A stretch of 64,000 nucleotides of DNA from Sphyrna mokarran (lineage: Eukaryota): positions 111,414,001-111,478,000 of the forward strand of contig JAGIQG010000009.1 of assembly GCA_024679065.1 (NCBI GenBank). The letters run 5' to 3'. Shown here one piece after another: positions 61,146 to 64,000 of the stretch (within the stretch, counting starts at the first letter, position 1; the number at the start of each line of letters is the position of its first letter). Position numbers and translations under genes: made by a program. Under the pieces are notes generated by a model. It searched no databases, was not told the DNA's origin, and saw only the letters and a program-made list of their open reading frames with translations.

Positions 61146-64000
61146 TACAGAATTTAAACTGGTCCTTTCAAAGGATTGATAAGAATTGATCTTAAAGCTA
61201 CAGAAATACCTGGAAAGAGTGAAATTGCACTGATTAGACGTGGATTTCTTCTGTGATGATGATGAAGAAGGTGGTTTCTGTGTAACCTCAATCGAGATTC
61301 ACTGCGATAATGTTGGGGATCTAATTGCAGTTAACATTGTAGCAGCCTCTAAGCTGCCTTCACGATGACTGTGGTGTGGCTCCCGGGATGATACACTCTA
61401 ACTCACTGAGCATAAAACACGTTAGCAGAATAAGGAGTTCCATTTGGACAATGATATCAGCAAAGCACTGGTTGTGACGAACTTTATTATGATGTGACAC
61501 AGTTGGCATCTGCAGATCTCGTAACAAGCTGACAACGCACAACGTTCAACATTAATTGAGCAATTAAGATCCTCCCCCCTCCTCCCCCACCGCCCTCTCT
61601 CAATCCCCACTCCCCCAGGATACAGAATTTGATAATTAGACCACTTCATCTTCATAGAATCCATAGAATCCCTACAGTGCAAAGGAGGCCATTCAGCCCA
61701 TTGAGGTTGCGGCAACAATAATTCCACCCAAAGCCTATCCCTGTAACCCCACGTATTTACCCTGCTAATCCCCCCGATACCTAGGGACAATTTAGCATGG
61801 CTAATCCATCCAACCCACCCATCTTTGGACCCTAAAGGACAAGTCAGCATGGCCAATCCTCCTAACCTGCATATCTTTGGACATTAAGGGGCAATTTAGC
61901 ATGGCCAATCCCCCTAACTTACACATCTTTAGACACTAAGGGACAATTTAACATGGTCAATCCACCTAACCTATACATCTTTGGACACTAAGAGGCAATT
62001 TAGCATGGCCAATCCTCCTAACTTACAATCTTTGGACACTAAGAGGCAATTTAGCATGGCCAATCCCCCTAACTTACAATCTTTGGACACTAAGAGGCAA
62101 TTTAGCATGGCCAATCCCCCTAACTTACAAATCTTTAGACACTAAGGGACAATTTAACATGGTCAATCCACCTAACCTATACATCTTTGGACACTAAGAG
62201 GCAATTTAGCATGGCCAATCCTCCTAACTTACAATCTTTGGACACTAAGAGGCAATTTAGCATGGCCAATCCCCCGAACTTACACATCTTTGGACACTAA
62301 GGGGCAATTTAGCATGGCCAATCCCCCTAACTTACAATCTTTAGACACTAAGAGGCAATTTAGCATAGCCAATCCCCCTAACTTACACAACTTTAGACAC
62401 TAAGGGACAATTTAGCATGGTCAATCTACCTAACCTATACATCTTTGGACACTAAGGGGCAATTTAGCATGGTCAATCCCCCGAACTTACACATCTTTGG
62501 ACACTAAGGGGCAATTTAGCATGGCAAATCTACCCTAACCTGCACAACTTTAGACACTAAGAGGCAATTTAACATGGCCAATCCACATAGCTTGCACATA
62601 TCGACATGTTCAAATCTTGTTATCGATTCCCATCATCTCCCAGGGTGAATGTTTCCTTTTGATGACAAACAGCCTCAAACACATCGTACAAGAAAGTGGT
62701 GGCTGTTCAGCCCTTTTCCAAGTGTTGATGAGATAATTAAACATCACTAACCTCTGCAGACTGCATTAATCTTGGCAGCTTAAGTTGTTGTTCAACAAAT
62801 TAAAGGGAGCCACACTTAACCAAATGTGGCCTGGGTGGAGTGCCCAGTCCCTGAACCTCTCCCAGGGCTGCTCTGGGCTCACTTCAATAGGGTAACATAG
62901 CCAGGCAGTTTATCACAGAGGGTGGCACGGTGCCACAGTGGTAACCCTCCTCCTGCACTGTGGGCATTCTGTTATTCTAGTCTCTGCTTCTGTGAGAAAA
63001 GGAATTCAAGAATCGAGTGACAATCGATTGGGACCCTGATAGATGTAATAACAGACTGACCAAGTTAGCTGAAGGTACTTTCATTTCACTGGAGAATGCG
63101 AGAGTTTGAGACAATTAATCTGAGAGGTTGAAGTGCTGAGCTGAAAGCTAGCCGGCATATTGAAAAGGCGTTGTGAAATTGTGAGCAAATTGCTTACAAA
63201 GACTGACAGAATGTGAGCCAGGGTGTCTGAATTTGACATTCAGTGCACGCAGCGTTATCCATTTAGCAGATTGCTGTGAGCCATGCTAATTAAAGCTATA
63301 AGTTTCATTGTTCTGAAAAGGCAGGGGGAATGTGGGTGAGAGGGGGAGATTTATTCATTCGTGGGAAATGAGCGTCGCTGGCTGGCCAATATTTATTGCC
63401 CATCCTTAGTTGCCTTGAAAAGGCACCTTCTTGAGCAACTGAGTGGCTACGCTGTTCCAAGGGCAACTGAGACTCAACGACATTGCCGCGACTCTGCAAT
63501 CACATGTAGGCCAGACTGGTTAAGAACGACAGATTTCCTCCCCTTTAGTTGGGCTTTTCTGACTAATGGTTTCATGGTCTCCGGCAGATTCCTAATTCCA
63601 GATTTTTTTAAAATTATTGAATTCAAATTCCACCAGTTGCTGAGGTGGGATTTGAACCCGAGTCCCCAGAACGGGAGCTGAGTCCCCTGGATGGGTATTC
63701 CCACGATAATACCATTTCCCCTTCGGTTAGATGGGGACAACATGAGGGAAGCTGCAGGCTGAGAGTGAAATTGGGCAAAGGTGGCAAGGCAGCACAAGAA
63801 TGGTCATATTCGCCATCCGTTTCACCCCCGTTTCCCCACCCCCTTAACCACCTCCCCCCCAACATTCAATTACACAGGTTCTGCGGATACTGGCTAGGTA
63901 CAACAACGGGTGACAAGTCTCCTGATTTACCCTTCTCCACCCACCTCCTGCCTTGCCAATCCTGGCCCGCACTCAACAGGGCGAGAGAGTGAAAGGGAGA

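Overview
This is vertebrate genomic DNA. The repeat content (HE1/V-SINE-type and DeuSINE-type SINEs, CR1 and Rex1/Babar LINEs) points to an elasmobranch, probably a shark; the species cannot be determined. Most of the window is interspersed repeat and satellite, and most of the ORF track is repeat noise. Two spliced genes can be rebuilt by hand with consistent splice phases, lying head-to-head. (1) Minus strand, about 38203 to 12522: a non-rearranging, antibody-like gene. It has a candidate leader, one exon holding a complete germline V domain with its J-like G strand, three C1-set constant exons and a 26-residue hydrophilic tail exon followed by AATAAA. No RSS, no D/J segments and no transmembrane exon were found. 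This architecture matches the MHC-linked secreted shark gene UrIg; the identification rests on architecture and needs an alignment. The best leader candidate carries an in-frame TAG and sits about 125 bp from an HNF1-type motif. The V domain has lost canonical pairing residues and has an unpaired Cys in the J-like motif. (2) Plus strand, 40672-54261: a six-coding-exon, 490-aa RING/B-box/coiled-coil/PRY-SPRY TRIM gene (TRIM69/XNF7/A33-like). Also notable: a 2.2-kb CACAGTG-containing 15-mer satellite in the V-C intron, a 5.2-kb satellite derived from a SINE head, a tandem array of intact Pol III SINE heads, and a young CR1 inserted into a SINE array.
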